Source: Dudresnaya verticillata
Taxonomy: Eukaryota
Length of the DNA stretch: 64,000 nt
Direction: 5' to 3'
NCBI GenBank assembly: GCA_977862235.1
Contig: OZ374558.1
Coordinates: 1,178,001 to 1,242,000, forward strand
The notes under the pieces are model-generated. The model was not told the origin of the DNA, searched no databases, and saw only the letters and a program-made list of their open reading frames with translations. The position numbers were made by a program, and so were the translations under genes. Shown one piece after another: positions 47,756 through 61,400 of the stretch; the first letter of the stretch is position 1, and every line of letters starts with the position of its first letter.

Positions 47756-48093
47756 TTAGAGAATTTCCGATGTAAGAAAATCCGGTAAATTTGCCGATAA
47801 GTTTCCATGTTAACGACAGTTGTCTCCAATAACAGAAAAATGAATGCATTTCGTGAGATATTTGTTCGTTATTCTGGCCAAATAACGAATGAAAAATGCA
47901 CCAGGTGGGGTGCTCAGATGGGGTCTGTGGAAGGGGTGCCGCGTTCTTTTGGCGGCAAGGCTAGGAGCGCAGATCAAGATCACCCACCATCCTCACCCCC
48001 CATCCTCACTGTGGACACTCACCCATCCCCATTGCACGCACACCCTCCCCTACCACATGCAACCGCCTCCAGTTCTCAGGATGACTATCCCTA

Positions 48094-49128
48094 ATGCCCC
48101 CAGGCCCACCGAAACCCCCTGCCCAACCCACCGCCCCACCGCCAGAACCCCACGCCGCCACCCACTCCACACCGCTTGTAAATCTCACCGCCCCTGCCCA
48201 CCACTCCTTCCCCGCCCACGTCTACCCCACCTCCGCCCGACGCCCCGACTTCAAATGTCAATGTCAACGCATGCAAGCGCTTTCACTTTCTACAATGCTT
48301 GACGTTGTCCTGCAGAAGTCGGTGCAAACAAGCGGTGCGCATGTGGTGGCATGGGGCAAGAACCAGCCACTGTTTGAGGAGGCGCTTGCCCTTTTCATTG
48401 CTTCTCACGAGTTCAAATCGCGGTATGGAGGGACGGCGTTGGGTGGTGGGCCAAGTTGGAAGTCAGTGCCGGACCGATTCAAGAAACTGGTCTCGGAACG
48501 ACGGGTGGCGGTGAGGGCGAACGAGGGGGCGTCTGGTATTGTGGAAGTGTTTGAGGAGAAGGAGGTGTTGTTGGACGATATCATCCAGGAGATCAATAGC
48601 CATGCGCAGAGGTTGTATGATGCGAAGGAGGAGAAGACGGGGAAGGAGGGAAAACTGGCAGAAGCGGGGGCAGCACTGCGGGAAAGGGCCCTAAAGCGAA
48701 AGTCAGGGAAGATGGAAGCAAGTGAGCTGGAGTCTGGCGAGGAGGAGGGAGGGAATTCGTGTGACAAGTCGCCGGGGAAAGGGGCTAGGCCGAAGTTTGC
48801 GAAACCGGTGGACGATGAAGAACTCCGGCTTATTCAAGAGGAGGCCGACGAGCGTCGTAGTGCGCATGCTGCTCGCCTTGCAATTGACGACCAGCGTTTC
48901 AAACGCGATCTGCGGCGAGACGAACGAGAGGAAATGCGGGGGCAGCGGGAGTTGGTTGAGTTGGGGCATCGTTTTGAAACGGAACAACGATGCCTCACGC
49001 TGGAAGAGAGGCTGTATGAGGCTGAGGAGGAGGAGAGGGCACTTTTGAGAGAGGAGAGAAAGGCTGCCATGGAGGAGAGGAGATATCTGACGGACGTACT
49101 CGGTGCTTTGGTCAAAAAGTTGACCTAA
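48094..49128 (+). CDS. Harbinger accessory Myb/SANT-like protein with charged coiled-coil tail (true start uncertain)
   Basis: PSWKSVPDRFKKLV...ASGIVEVFEEKEVLLDDI plus an E/R-rich C-terminus; lies next to the transposase. Confidence 0.72.
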   Translation: MPPGPPKPPAQPTAPPPEPHAATHSTPLVNLTAPAHHSFPAHVYPTSARRPDFKCQCQRMQALSLSTMLDVVLQKSVQTSGAHVVAWGKNQPLFEEALALFIASHEFKSRYGGTALGGGPSWKSVPDRFKKLVSERRVAVRANEGASGIVEVFEEKEVLLDDIIQEINSHAQRLYDAKEEKTGKEGKLAEAGAALRERALKRKSGKMEASELESGEEEGGNSCDKSPGKGARPKFAKPVDDEELRLIQEEADERRSAHAARLAIDDQRFKRDLRRDEREEMRGQRELVELGHRFETEQRCLTLEERLYEAEEEERALLREERKAAMEERRYLTDVLGALVKKLT

Positions 49129-49275
49129 CCGTTCAGACGTTGCGTGAGCGTCTTTCTTTTGGCTTTCTAAGTTTCGCAGGCATGCTGCGAGGGCCACAGA
49201 GCCGTTTTTCGCTGCGGCTCCGCCCCAGACCCCGAGACCGTGCTCATCCGCAAACGTGAGAAGCCCGGCCGGTTT

Positions 49276-50250
49276 TTACATGTCAAGGTAACGAGTGAGT
49301 GTGGGCGGGGGGACTCCGAAGCGGCTTTGCACCTGCCCACCGTGCCCGAGGCACGTCTTAAAGTTGCGTAGAAGCACCGCACATATGTAAAACGATGCGA
49401 TCGAAGCCTGTCTTACCTTTAGCTTCCTTCGGAAATCCTGCGAGGTCCATGATTCCTTTATCTCCTTGTAACTCCATTCAACGGACTCCTTCACGCTGTT
49501 CATGCACTTTTTGTACAAAGTCTGATCGTCTGTTGCTGCAATGCGGTTAAAGCCAATCTGCAGCCAAGGTCTCATTATGTAGGCTGGATCACCATATATT
49601 TGCAGTACCTTACGCCGTCAACCAGTAAGTCACGCTGTAGAATACCGTCCATGCCAGAGTTCCTGTACAGCGTATTATCATGTCTGCGACCGGCCTCCGG
49701 TCCGTAGATATGAAATATGAGACCGTCTGGAGTGGATATGCTTTGGTAAATGAGGCAACGGAATCTCTTATGTCCAGAATACACGCTGCGCTGCATCGAA
49801 GAGTGTCCACCTGGTGTTGCCATGGCAATCGTCGTGCAGTCGATAAAGCCAACGCAGTTATCCAGTGGGGCGCCCTCATTCTGAATAGACTCGGCATACA
49901 TCGCAGCGCGTTCTTGCATTAAATCCTGCCGAATTGTAGCGATTAGTTCTCCTCTTTGCTCATACAAGGACTCCGCTACTTCACAAAATACCTCACTTAG
50001 AGCCGAAGCATGCATTCCCATCTCGTATTCCATTTCGGCCCATCTACGTGAGCTCGAAAGTCTGCGAAGCATGATACAAGTCGCATGCAATGGCGCGCAG
50101 TTGTACTGATTGCGATTGGTGCAGCCCGTCCAGTTGCAAATACCTGCGATTATTGGCAGCTCGCTACGAAGGAATCGGATGTCACGCAGACATGCCTCAT
50201 CACTAAATACGTTGAAGTTGAACCGGTGAAGGGAGATAGAGACAGATCTA
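49276..50250 (-). pseudogene. Harbinger/HARBI1-like DDE transposase, frameshifted near 49600
   Basis: NCVGFIDCT, YSGHKRF, TPDGLI, GRRHD, YGDPAY (shifted frame) and KESVEWSY. Confidence 0.92.
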
Positions 50251-50988
50251 CGCGTGTCCGCGGATACATCTGAGAAATGTAGCTTTATGCTCGCGTGTGT
50301 CCTTATTCCGTACCTGCCATCCGTTTCAGGCCCAGGGAGGGGGTCCATGGCGGCAAACCTGCGTAGAACAGACTCGTGGAAGATCTTGCGTATTTGGTCT
50401 GTTCCCACTACAGGATCATCGCTTGTTGTGATCCATGCATGAGCTAGCAGCTCGTTCTCCTCCAGATCCGAATTCTTCCCCTGCCCATTTGCGGTTCTCG
50501 TTTGCAAAAGCTGTCGAAGCCAATATATTGGTCTCGTTTGCAGCTGTGGACTGCCGGGGAGTCGACCAGGCTGTTTGCCCAAGCAAACAAAAGGATGGAT
50601 GTTTCGCCGGAGTTGTATGGGGATGCCAGCGATGCTGGCCGGGTATTCAGCCAATGCGCGGTGGTGATGCGAGAGATGAACACGCATTCTTTTCATCCTG
50701 TTAGTGGTCTGTTGGCGTGCCCAATAGACCACGAATCGGATGAAAAGAAGAGGAAAGTGAAAGTGTTAGAGTTGTTTTCTTGCAGTAGGGGTGGCTTTTC
50801 TGCCGACCTGATTAAAACTGGAAAAGAATTCCTTTTTAATCAGCTCCACAGATGCTCTTATATGAGATAAATTTTCTAAGTACAGGGTCTAGGTTTCCAT
50901 TCCATTCTGGTTTGACGGCAGGCTCCGAAATTTTGAATTCCTCCATGCCCATTCCACTGTATGGTGCACCATCACCAGGAGCGGACTA

Positions 50989-53900
50989 TGAAAACAGTAG
51001 CTGCTCTCCCCTCCGAGTCCGGTTTATTACCATGACATAAAAGGTACTCGCTGACTGGGCTACTCGCGAGCTCACTCGGGAGCTCGCGCGGAGGTGCACG
51101 AGCGTTAACCGTGTAGTGTAAAGCTCTTCCCTTACAGTGACAGTTCACATCTAGATAGACTTTCATCTAGATGGACTTTCAACACCGTCCCTCGCCGAAG
51201 TGCGGCGATGATGGCAGTCGCCTTCGACGGAATATGGAGACGCTATGCGGAAAGACGCAAGCAGCGCCATGCTTCCGAGGGATTCTCGCAGTGCGACTGG
51301 TGGCGTAACCGGAAACGGGATGCCTATCCACTCCCAGCGGATGAATATTGATGTTGCATGGTTCCTGTCCATGGCTGCTTTTCCAAAACTCTTTGCACTG
51401 GTCTAGAGCTCTCTCCCCGGCCTGTCTGGTACAGGTCTTCGGCTCGTTTTGGTGGGAACATTGGTCTGACAGCTTCGGGTTTGCAAACCCTGTTCTTATG
51501 TCGAAGAATTCCTTCATCGAGTGCGGCAATATACTGAGATGCGTCCATCTCACATGCACCAGGTGATCGCAGGGCGTCTTCTTCACATCGGCATTAAGCT
51601 GCGAAGGGCCCTTATGACATCCACATGTCACGACTGCGCAGTTTTGCGTCTTCTTCGCTATTACGCATGGCGGCAACGCGAGAGACTCATGTCAAACTAA
51701 AGACTTGTTTTACCAGAAACAATTGCGCAGGTCCCGTGCAACGACTGGCTTCCACCACCTGTAAAAATCCGCAACGCGTCCAAAACCATATGGGGAAAAC
51801 ACGTACGTCACCAGGGAAAAGGTATAGTGGAGAAGGTGCTAAAGCCATGACGCATCCTGCAACACGGAGAAAAACACCAAACAAACAAACAAAGATTCAA
51901 AAGGAGTGAGTAGAGGTGCGTTGCAACATTACCAATATATTCCACCCTTGCGCGTTGCGGCGCTTCAATAACTTCTCTTCTACATATGTATAAGTTTCAT
52001 CAGCGATGCCAATTTCGATTGGGACAGGTCAGCAGGTTGAAGGTGACTGGGAACCTGCACGAGCTGCACTACTGTGCGCGTGATGAGTTCGCGGACGTGT
52101 TGGACCTTCCACGCAATGTGTTTTTTGCGCTCAGACACTTGAGCGTTAGTCGCCAAGCTCAATGCCGCTGAGCTGGCGGTATGCAGATCTGTCGCTGCCA
52201 TCGTCCAGGTTTTATCGTAGGGCTTGTGTTCGAAGAGTTCCAGAAACAATCGTCGCATCCAGGTGAGTTGCTTAGAACACGTTGAAAGCGTGATGTACTC
52301 GGCCTCTGCGGAGCTCAAAGCAACGAGCGATTGCCTCTTGGACGACCAGTGAACCGGGATGCCATTGATGATGATGAATGTGCCGGAAGTAGGTCGTTGC
52401 GTCTCGTGGCAGCCAGCCCAGTCGGAGTCCGAAAACCCAGCGAGCGATTTGGAGTTTCTTGATGAGTACTTTAGTGCCTTGTCATTGATACCTGCGATGT
52501 ATCTCACCAGCCACTTGGAGAGAACAAGATGCCGCATAGAAGGGCGTGCATCTGTCTCTTCAGGATGGAGCAGGCAAAGGATAAGTCCGGTCGAGTGCAG
52601 ACAGCAGCATACGTAATGCCACCAACCAAAGACCGAAAGCGGCGTGGTGAGAAGATGAGAGCGGAAGCTCATCGGATCGAAGGGGGTGCTATCGGCATGC
52701 GTGGGAATCGGTGTGGCCACGGGCTCCACTTGAAGCATGTTGTGCTCCTGAAGGAGACGTTTGAGATATCGAGCTTGGTCCACAAAGATTCCGGCGGTTG
52801 TGTGAATGACGTCCCATCCTATGAATGAACGCAGCTGACCAAGGACTTTGACCTTGAAATACATGCAGAATTTTGCTTTGAAGTGCCCGAGGACCTCTTG
52901 ATCATCGGACGCGAGTGCCATGTCATCAACGACGATGACGAGGATGACAGATCCGGACGGATCGCAGTATATATAGAGACGTGGGTCAATGTTGGATTGA
53001 ACAAAGCCCCAGGGAATGATGGTATCGTGAAGTACTGTACCCCAGATCTTGGCACACCGCTTGTCTCCGTACAGAGACCTGTAGACCATAACTGCACATC
53101 CAGGGCGCGCGATGACCCCAGAAGAGTCCGTTGGCTGTTTCATTAAACCCGGGGTGTCCAAGTCTCCATACAGGTAGGCGTTCGCGATTTCGAGGCCTTC
53201 TAGACGTAAGTCTTGAGCAGAGACTTTGGCAAGAAGCATGCGAATTGTTTCATGACGAGCGACCGGCGCGTATATGTGATGAGGGTCGTAGTCGCGGTAT
53301 GCCTCCTGTTTGTCTCCTTGCATGCAACAGCGGGCCTTAAAAAGTACGGGTACGTCTGTTCCTGAAGCTTATTTGACCTTAGAATCTCACATGTAGGGCA
53401 TCGGGTCCATGCCAGGGCGAAGGGTGATGTACTTCCACGTTTCACGATCGAGGAGCGCTGGATACTCCCGATCGATCGCCTCGGCCCAGTGGGCAACCTT
53501 GCAAGCGTCTTGGAAGGACACGGGACGCGGCGATCTCGCAGTTTTGCCTTAGCGACGAATGGCGTTTGACTGTGGTGTGCGTACAGGCAATGAGCCAAGA
53601 AATCTTCTCCATCTTCTGTGTCTTCTGCTTCGGCTCTACCCTGCTCTTCTTGGAACAGTTCTTCTTCCAATTCACGGCTTCTTGAGATCCCTTCCATCAG
53701 CTTTTGAATCGACGGGAGCGGCTTGTCGTCTCGTAGGACGGTGAAGTCCGCGCGACGGCATGGGCGGACTTCTTTCTCGGACGGATAGTAGACACGGATG
53801 AGCGTATTTTCACTGTCCATTCCGACGAAATGTCCGAACAAAGTGCGAGGTAAAAAGGTCTTTCCTGGCGCGGTACGAGCGGTAGCGAAAGGCGTAACCC

Positions 53901-56449
53901 TTTGTGCCAAAAGGGATTAAGTCGGTCAAGTTGGGTTTCGAGCCGCACCAAAGGGTGTATGGGACCTTCACGGTGGCACGCTTTGCTGGTAGACGATTCC
54001 GCATCCAGTTAGCGTGAGCCACGGCTTCTGCCCATAAAGGGGTAGGGAGTCCGCTTGAGAATAGGAATGCAGGAATGCAGGAATGCAGATGCGCATCACC
54101 TTCGACAATTCTTGGCTGACTCGCTCCGCGGCACCGTTTGACTCGTACGAATGAGCCGGGGTGTAATCCATCATCATCCCTTCGGAGAGCGCGAAATCGT
54201 TGAGCCTTCCAGAATTGTTTTCACCCGCTTGCTACGAACGCATGCTCAACATGGTACTACCCTTCTAGTTCTCGACTAATGACTTATACTGCTTCACCGC
54301 CGTGTAGTAGTCCTTCTTCTCGACAAGAAGGTAGGCTGCAGAGTTGGTGCTGGCGTCATCGAGGAAGATGGCAAAGTAATGTGCTCCTCCGAGGGACGCA
54401 ACTGAGCGTTTCCCTGAGATGGCACTTTGCGTGACATCGAGAGGATAACTGATCCTCTGAGTCACAGCTTTGCGTCGAACGGGTGCCTCCTTCGTTCCAC
54501 CTTCGATGCAAGGGAAGCACTGAAGTTGGCGCAGTTGTTTCTCACCAAAACCAGGCACTCCTTCTACCAGTCCGTAGGCGTGAGCAATTCTTTTCCTCCG
54601 ACATGGCTTAGGTTGTTGTGACACTGCCTCATTAGTGCATCGTCTCGGTGCTGAATTGCTGCGGGAGAGCGACTCAAGTTGACCCCTGTAGCAGCATTCC
54701 TGGAGGCAGATCCTTCTGACCCGTGACGAGAGCGGTTTGGTCGCCAAGGAGGTTGTTCCTTCGGCCGTATCCATAGCTTCCGTGACTCCCCATGAAGTCG
54801 TCAAGACCTTTGTCACTCTCCTGGATGAGCAGCGAGGGAAAAGGGAACAAACCGTTCTCAGACTTCTTCTGCAAAACGAAATGGTTGTTGGCGTAGTAGT
54901 AGATCTGGTAACTCTGTTCACCTCTTTCATTCTTGATGCGAACATCAACGACGTCCATTACCCTTGATAAGCCAACGACGTGCTCCATAGGGCATGCTTG
55001 CACAATAGCGACAACGTTGGACCTTCGGCGTGATTTTCCCTTGTCGGGAATTCACAGATGCCTTATCCAATGATGAACGAGTCACCGACGCATGTCTCCA
55101 CAACAGTGCGTCGAAGCGGAGTGTAGGCCGCAAAGCAACGCCGGTCCCATACGAAGACCCGTTTGCTCCGCTGTCCAGCCAGGATTGGGAAGAACTCTCG
55201 GGTCGTCCGACGGAGAGACGAGCAGACATGCAGACCATAAAACCATGAGGTCGGCCAAATGAGCCACCTCTGTCATGCATACGGTTAGGTTGCATTTCGG
55301 GTTCATCCTCAGACTCCCACCAGCTTCTCTCGCTGCGTTGACCGTTATCCCCAAACATCACTTGGCGGGGTTTTCCATTTTTGTTTCGGCTACGGTTATA
55401 TGGGTAGCTACCATTGCCGCGGCCTTGGTTTCCTTGACCACGGGATAGAGGAAGTTCCGCACTTCGTTCGCGGACGCTGCAGATGCTTGAGCTATTCTAA
55501 CGATCACGCTGGCGCTTGCGGCAGTCCTTCTGCATGTGTCCTAGTTTCCCACAGCAATAAAAATCTACGCGGCGTGAATCTTTTTCAAGACGCCTAGGGG
55601 CCTTTTGATTGGTGGTGCACTGGGATGCGACCTTGCTTGAGGAGGATTGCGGCACACTTCTAGGCTTTTCAGACGGTCCAGCGGTGGACTTGCGGCGTTC
55701 AAGTTCATACTTGATGATTGCGCAGGTCGCATCGAAGCTGAGGTTTTGAGCGTCGGCAAGTAGATCGCTGAAATACACGACGGAAGATTTGCCAGGAGAG
55801 ATCCAACTTTGTCGTCTTCTTTGACGGGGTCATTGAGTCTTGCGATGTCAAGAAAGATCTTTTCAAATTGGTTTTTCTGCGGTTCGAAGTCCTGATCCTC
55901 GCGCAACTTCAAGCTGTGAAGCTTGGTTCGCAAATTGAGCTTCGATTGGATGTTCTCCTTCTGGTAAGACGCGCCAAGCTTGATCCAAATGTCCTACACG
56001 GAACCTCCTTCCTGACGAATGCTGTTTACGGAGATGATCGGTTCTTCTCCCAAGTGTAGAACCATATGAGAACGGGCTTTGCGGTTGTCCTTCTTCCACT
56101 TATTACGCACAGAGATAGAGATAGATGTGAAGTTTGGCGGAGGATCCGCAGTGACGGATTCTAGCAAATCATCCCTGGTGAGCAGCTCGAGGATATAGGA
56201 GCGCCAGACAGCATAATCCGTAGACCCTTGAAGCTTCGGGAAGCGCGTCTTGTCTTCTCGATTGGAATCCCCATGACGGGCGAGACACTCGACAGCGAAA
56301 ATGAAAAGCAGGCTAGAGCCAAGAGAAGCACGGTCCGACCGACGGAGACCGATGCTCCATTAGCGTGCTACCATGAAAACAGTAGCTGCTCTCCCCTCCG
56401 AGCCCGGTTAGATCTCAGTACCATGACATAAAAGGTACTCGCTGATTGG
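50989..56449 (-). mobile_element. Ty1/copia remnant 2 with 3' LTR 50989-51184 and truncated 5' LTR 56374-56449
   Basis: Direct repeat tgaaaacagtagctgctctcccctccgag...aaaaggtactcgctga. CCHC gag, WLDSGAN protease, integrase (SNGAAER), RT (ANAYLYG, VVDD), RNase H (SDSDWAG, SSAEAEY). Confidence 0.93.
56362..56373 (-). promoter_or_regulatory. PBS TGGTAGCACGCT, initiator-Met-like
   Basis: Directly abuts the LTR CA; TGGTAGC matches iMet tRNA 3' ends (GCTACCA). Confidence 0.7.
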
Positions 56450-57216
56450 GGTATTGTGATGCGCATGTCTTCAGAAGGGCTGGTGAAGGGCACACAAGAT
56501 ATTGAAGGCTCTTCATTCCCTGCTGCCCCCGTGGACGTACTGTCAGGCAGACTGTTGTGGTCGAGAACAAGATTCTGTTCTTCAGCAGGGGAATCGATAC
56601 GAGGAACGTAAACGACTGAATTGCCTGAAGGATGTTGAGGAGGCGTCAGTACCCCTCCAGAGGGCTTCTCCTTGGCGGAAGGAGGTACCGGAACAGGACT
56701 GGAAGTCCCAGTTGAGGGCAGCTTTGAGGCCATTGAGACTCTTTCGGGTCTTAGAAACTGGACCAAAAGTTTGTCTTTGTAGAATGCCTCCAACTTGCGC
56801 TCGTAGCAATGCCTACTGTTGCCAAACTCCGGACCATGATTGTGTGTCTCGTGGATGTTTGGACATTGAGCCCAGACATCCCAATTTGAATCATCCTGCC
56901 GCAAATCACAGACAAACATGACGTTGCATGGGTCTTTGCCTTCAAGTGGCATTTGCCGTCTTAGGCAGCGAAACCTCACCTTAACACCTCCCGAGTTCTT
57001 CCTAACGTATTGCTTCGTGAAGAAGAAGCCGGCGTTTGCTAAGCGGGCTGCGTACTCTGCACAATTATCAGTGTGTCCCAACAGATGGAAGGCGGCCTTC
57101 TTGTCCACTCTCTGCCGAGCTGACCCCATGTACGGAGGGAGGAGGAAAGGGGCTCTGGAAGGGCCTCTAGATGCCGCGGCTTCCTGGACTACTTTTGTTC
57201 CGAAAACAGCGCGCAA
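56450..57216 (-). pseudogene. FAR1/WRKY-GCM1-type zinc-finger DNA-binding domain, Mutator(MULE)-like
   Basis: YAARLANAGFFF...VRFRC...C...W...HETHNH pattern. Confidence 0.65.
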
Positions 57217-58005
57217 TTCATTGTTATGGCGTGCTTGCGATTCATTGTGGCGGGCGCTCTCTCAGGAAGGAGGATGGCCTGCGACGGGTTCTGCAGCAGT
57301 CGACAAAATTGGAGGCGGTGTGCGTGGTTGTGAGCGAACAAGCGCACTGCGCTTTTCTGCGCTGCGTTTTTCTTCCTCTGCGTCGGGTCGCGGAAGAATA
57401 ATGGTGGGACGTCGGCCGCGCTCAGGAAGAGGGGCGACAGTCGTGCCATGAGGGGTAGCGATTGTTGGTACAGGTCGTCCTGTATGTCTAGAATTCAGAC
57501 GGCGAGATTTGGGCCGCCGGCTCCCTCTACGAGCCGGGCCAAATATAGAGGGTCTCAATTGTTCGGTAGCAACGTTAACGTCCCTGCCATTGCTGGAACT
57601 GGAAGTGGAAGTACTCCAAGTACTTGGCCAGTTTCTCCCTAAAGATGTATCACGGGGCCTTGTCGTGTCCATCTTAGGTTGTGCAGGGACGCGTCCCCTG
57701 GCAATCTCCGCGGAGGGGAGCAAAGCCGGTATCGGACATATGTCCAGGTCACTGTCACTGCTGCTGAAAATGGAAGGAAGGGGTTCTAAATGTGATTCTC
57801 TTCTGGCGGCAGAGCTCATGGGGATGTGACGTGGCCCCGAAGTACCCTGAATTTCTAAACGGTCCATATGAGGTCCCGGTTGCACTGCATTACCAACTGC
57901 ATCCGAGGTGCGAACGTAGGGTTTCTGGATACGCTTCCCACATGAGATATCCCCGATGCCAGAGCTTCCATCCAGAGAGTGCGCCAGATGACTGAGAGGT
58001 TCTTC

Positions 58006-58445
58006 TCAAATCGCTCGAACTTCGGCACCATTCTCGTCTGAATCTGTTACAACGATTAGCCCTGTTCCCGATATGGTTTCAGGTGTGGGCTGCGGAAACC
58101 TCCATCGAGATTCCAGTTGCACGAATAGAGATTTATGGATAGTCTTTCGAGACCACGGATCTCTCTTATCAGCCATACATGTCTTCAAATGTGCAAAAAC
58201 TGCCCTGAGGCATGCTGACCTAATCTGTTCTGTTATCGACGGGTTGTAATGCGGTCGATAGCTGTTGATGGGAATATCACAAAAGAAGCGACGTATGCTA
58301 TTCTCACACAGCTTGAGGCAAGCTGCGATTATATAGAATCCACAGCTATAATAGTCTTGCTGCTTTCCGAAACCAAGGTGAGAGCGGCTGACCATAAACT
58401 TCTGCCTCGAATTAGACCACATAAGCATTGGGAACAGCGCCTATG
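58006..58445 (-). pseudogene. Ulp1/SENP-like (C48) cysteine protease, C-terminal catalytic segment
   Basis: KQQDYYSCGFYII matches the Q-x5-CG motif of C48 peptidases. Confidence 0.6.
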
Positions 58446-58448
58446 CTG

Positions 58449-61400
58449 ATGCGCTGGAACGCGTTTTCGCTGGTGGTGCGAAGTTCTCATGTTTCCAGTC
58501 TTTCGGCCAATCTCCTCATACTGATAACGTCAAATTGCCATGTCATGGTCCTTTGCAAATCCCAAACCACCTGCAAGATACTGTGTTCCCAGAAAATGTG
58601 CGACGGGCAAACATCCATTTTGCAAGGAGAGTGCAATAAGACTTCTCCCGCGACGTCTGTCAGTAGGGAAAGTCACATCTGGATTCGATGGAATCTCTCC
58701 AAGCATGAAACTGGAAAACGCATGAGCGGCGTAAGGTCCTTGCTCATACAGTTCGCAGGCTACAGGGACATCCTGCACGAAGCCGTATATATTTTGTTCA
58801 GGAAAAGTGCCAGCATGAACGCAGAGAGCATGACGTTGCGCTCAGTGTAGTACTCAAACGCATATGGGTTTTATTTTGGCCTCAGGGATTCCATTTGATA
58901 CTCTCCAGCATGGGATAGCTCTTCCATGGTGCGCTGGAAAGCGTCTTCGCTGGTGGTGCGAAGTTCGCATGTTTCCAGTCTTTCGGCCAATCTCCTCATA
59001 CTGAAAACGTCAAATTGCCATGTCATGGTCCTTTGCAAATCCCAAAACACCTGTAAGATACTGTGTTCCCAGAAAATGTGCGACGGGCAAACATCCATTT
59101 TGCAAGGAGAGTGCAATAAGACTTCTCCCGCGACGTCTGTCAGTAGGGAAAGTCACATCTGGATTCGATGGAATCTCTCCAAGCATGAAACTGGAAAACG
59201 CATGAGCGGCGTAAGGTCCTTGCTCATACAGGTCGCAGGCTACAGGGACATCCTGCACGAAGCCGTATATATTTTGTTCTGGAAAAGTCCCAGTATGAAC
59301 GCAGAGAGCATGACGTTGCGCTCAGTGTAGTACTCAAGCGCATATGGGTTTTATTTTGGCCTCAGGGATTGCATTTGATACTCTCCAGCATGGGATAGCT
59401 CTTCCATGGTGCGCTGGAAAGCGTCTTCGCTGGTGGTGCGAAGTTCGCATGTTTCCAGTCTTTCGGCCAATCTCCTCATACTGATAACGTCAAATTGCCA
59501 TGTCATGGTCCTTTGCAAATCCCAAAACACCTGTAAGATACTGTGTTCCCAGAAAATGTGCGACGGGCAAACATCCATTTTGCAAGGAGAGTGCAATAAG
59601 ACTTCTCCCGCGACGTCTGTCAGTAGGGAAAGTCACATCTGGATTCGATGGAATCTCTCCAAGCATGAAACTGGAAAACGCATGAGCGGCGTAAGGTCCT
59701 TGCTCATACAGTTCGCAGGCTACAGGGACATCCTGCACGACGCCGTATATATTTTGTTCAGGAAAAGTGCCAGCATGAACGCAGAGAGCATGACGTTGCG
59801 CTCAGTGTAGTACTCAAACGAATATGGGTCTTCTTTCGGCCTCAGGAATTCCATTTGATACTCTACAGCATGGGATAGCTCTTCCATGGTGCGCTGGAAA
59901 GCGTCTTCGCTGGTGGTGCGAAGTTCGCATGTTTCCAGTCTTTCGGCCAATCTCATACTGAAAACGTCAAATTGCCATGTCATGGTCCTTTCCAAATCCC
60001 AAACCACCTGCAAGATATTGTGTTCCCAGAAAATGTGCGACGGCCAAACATCCATTTCGCAAGGAGAGTGCAATAAGACTTCTCCCGCGACGTCTGTCAG
60101 TAGGGACAGTCACATCTGGATTCGATGGAATCTCTCAAAGCCTGAAACTGGAAAACACATGAGCGGCTTTAGTTCCTTGCTCATACACGTCGCAGGCTAC
60201 AGGGACATCCTGCACGACGCCGTATATATTTTGTTCCGGAAAAGTCCCAGTATGAACGCAGAGAGCATGACGTTGCGCTCAGTGTAGTACTCAAACGCAT
60301 ATGGGTTTTATTTTGGCCTCAGGGATTCCATTTGATACTCTCCAGCATGGGATAGCTCTTCCATGGTGCGCTGGAAAGCGTCTTCGCTGGTGGTGCGAAG
60401 TTCGCATGTTTCCAGTCTTTCGGCCAATCTCCTCATACTGAAAACGTCAAATTGCCATGTCATGGTCCTTTGCAAATCCCAAAACACCTGTAAGATACTG
60501 TGTTCCCAGAAAATGTGCGACGGGCAAACATCCATTTTGCAAGGAGAGTGCAATAAGACTTCTCCCGCGACGTCTGTCAGTAGGGAAAGTCACATCTGGA
60601 TTCGATGGAATCTCTCCAAGCATGAAACTGGAAAACGCATGAGCGGCGTAAGGTCCTTGCTCATACAGGTCGCAGGCTACAGGGACATCCTGCACGAAGC
60701 CGTATATATTTTGTTCTGGAAAAGTCCCAGTATGAACGCAGAGAGCATGACGTTGCGCTCAGTGTAGTACTCAAGCGCATATGGGTTTTATTTTGGCCTC
60801 AGGGATTGCATTTGATACTCTCCAGCATGGGATAGCTCTTCCATGGTGCGCTGGAAAGCGTCTTCGCTGGTGGTGCGAAGTTCGCATGTTTCCAGTCTTT
60901 CGGCCAATCTCCTCATACTGATAACGTCAAATTGCCATGTCATGGTCCTTTGCAAATCCCAAAACACCTGTAAGATACTGTGTTCCCAGAAAATGTGCGA
61001 CGGGCAAACATCCATTTTGCAAGGAGAGTGCAATAAGACTTCTCCCGCGACGTCTGTCAGTAGGGAAAGTCACATCTGGATTCGATGGAATCTCTCCAAG
61101 CATGAAACTGGAAAACGCATGAGCGGCGTAAGGTCCTTGCTCATACAGTTCGCAGGCTACAGGGACATCCTGCACGACGCCGTATATATTTTGTTCAGGA
61201 AAAGTGCCAGCATGAACGCAGAGAGCATGACGTTGCGCTCAGTGTAGTACTCAAACGAATATGGGTCTTCTTTCGGCCTCAGGAATTCCATTTGATACTC
61301 TACAGCATGGGATAGCTCTTCCATGGTGCGCTGGAAAGCGTCTTCGCTGGTGGTGCGAAGTTCGCATGTTTCCAGTCTTTCGGCCAATCTCATACTGAAA

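Larger units (their letters stand above)
47759..50876. mobile_element. PIF/Harbinger DNA transposon, probably chimeric
   Basis: Convergent Myb-like ORF and DDE transposase. Imperfect TIR gagaattt.../...aaattttc flanked by TTA and TAA. Confidence 0.75.
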
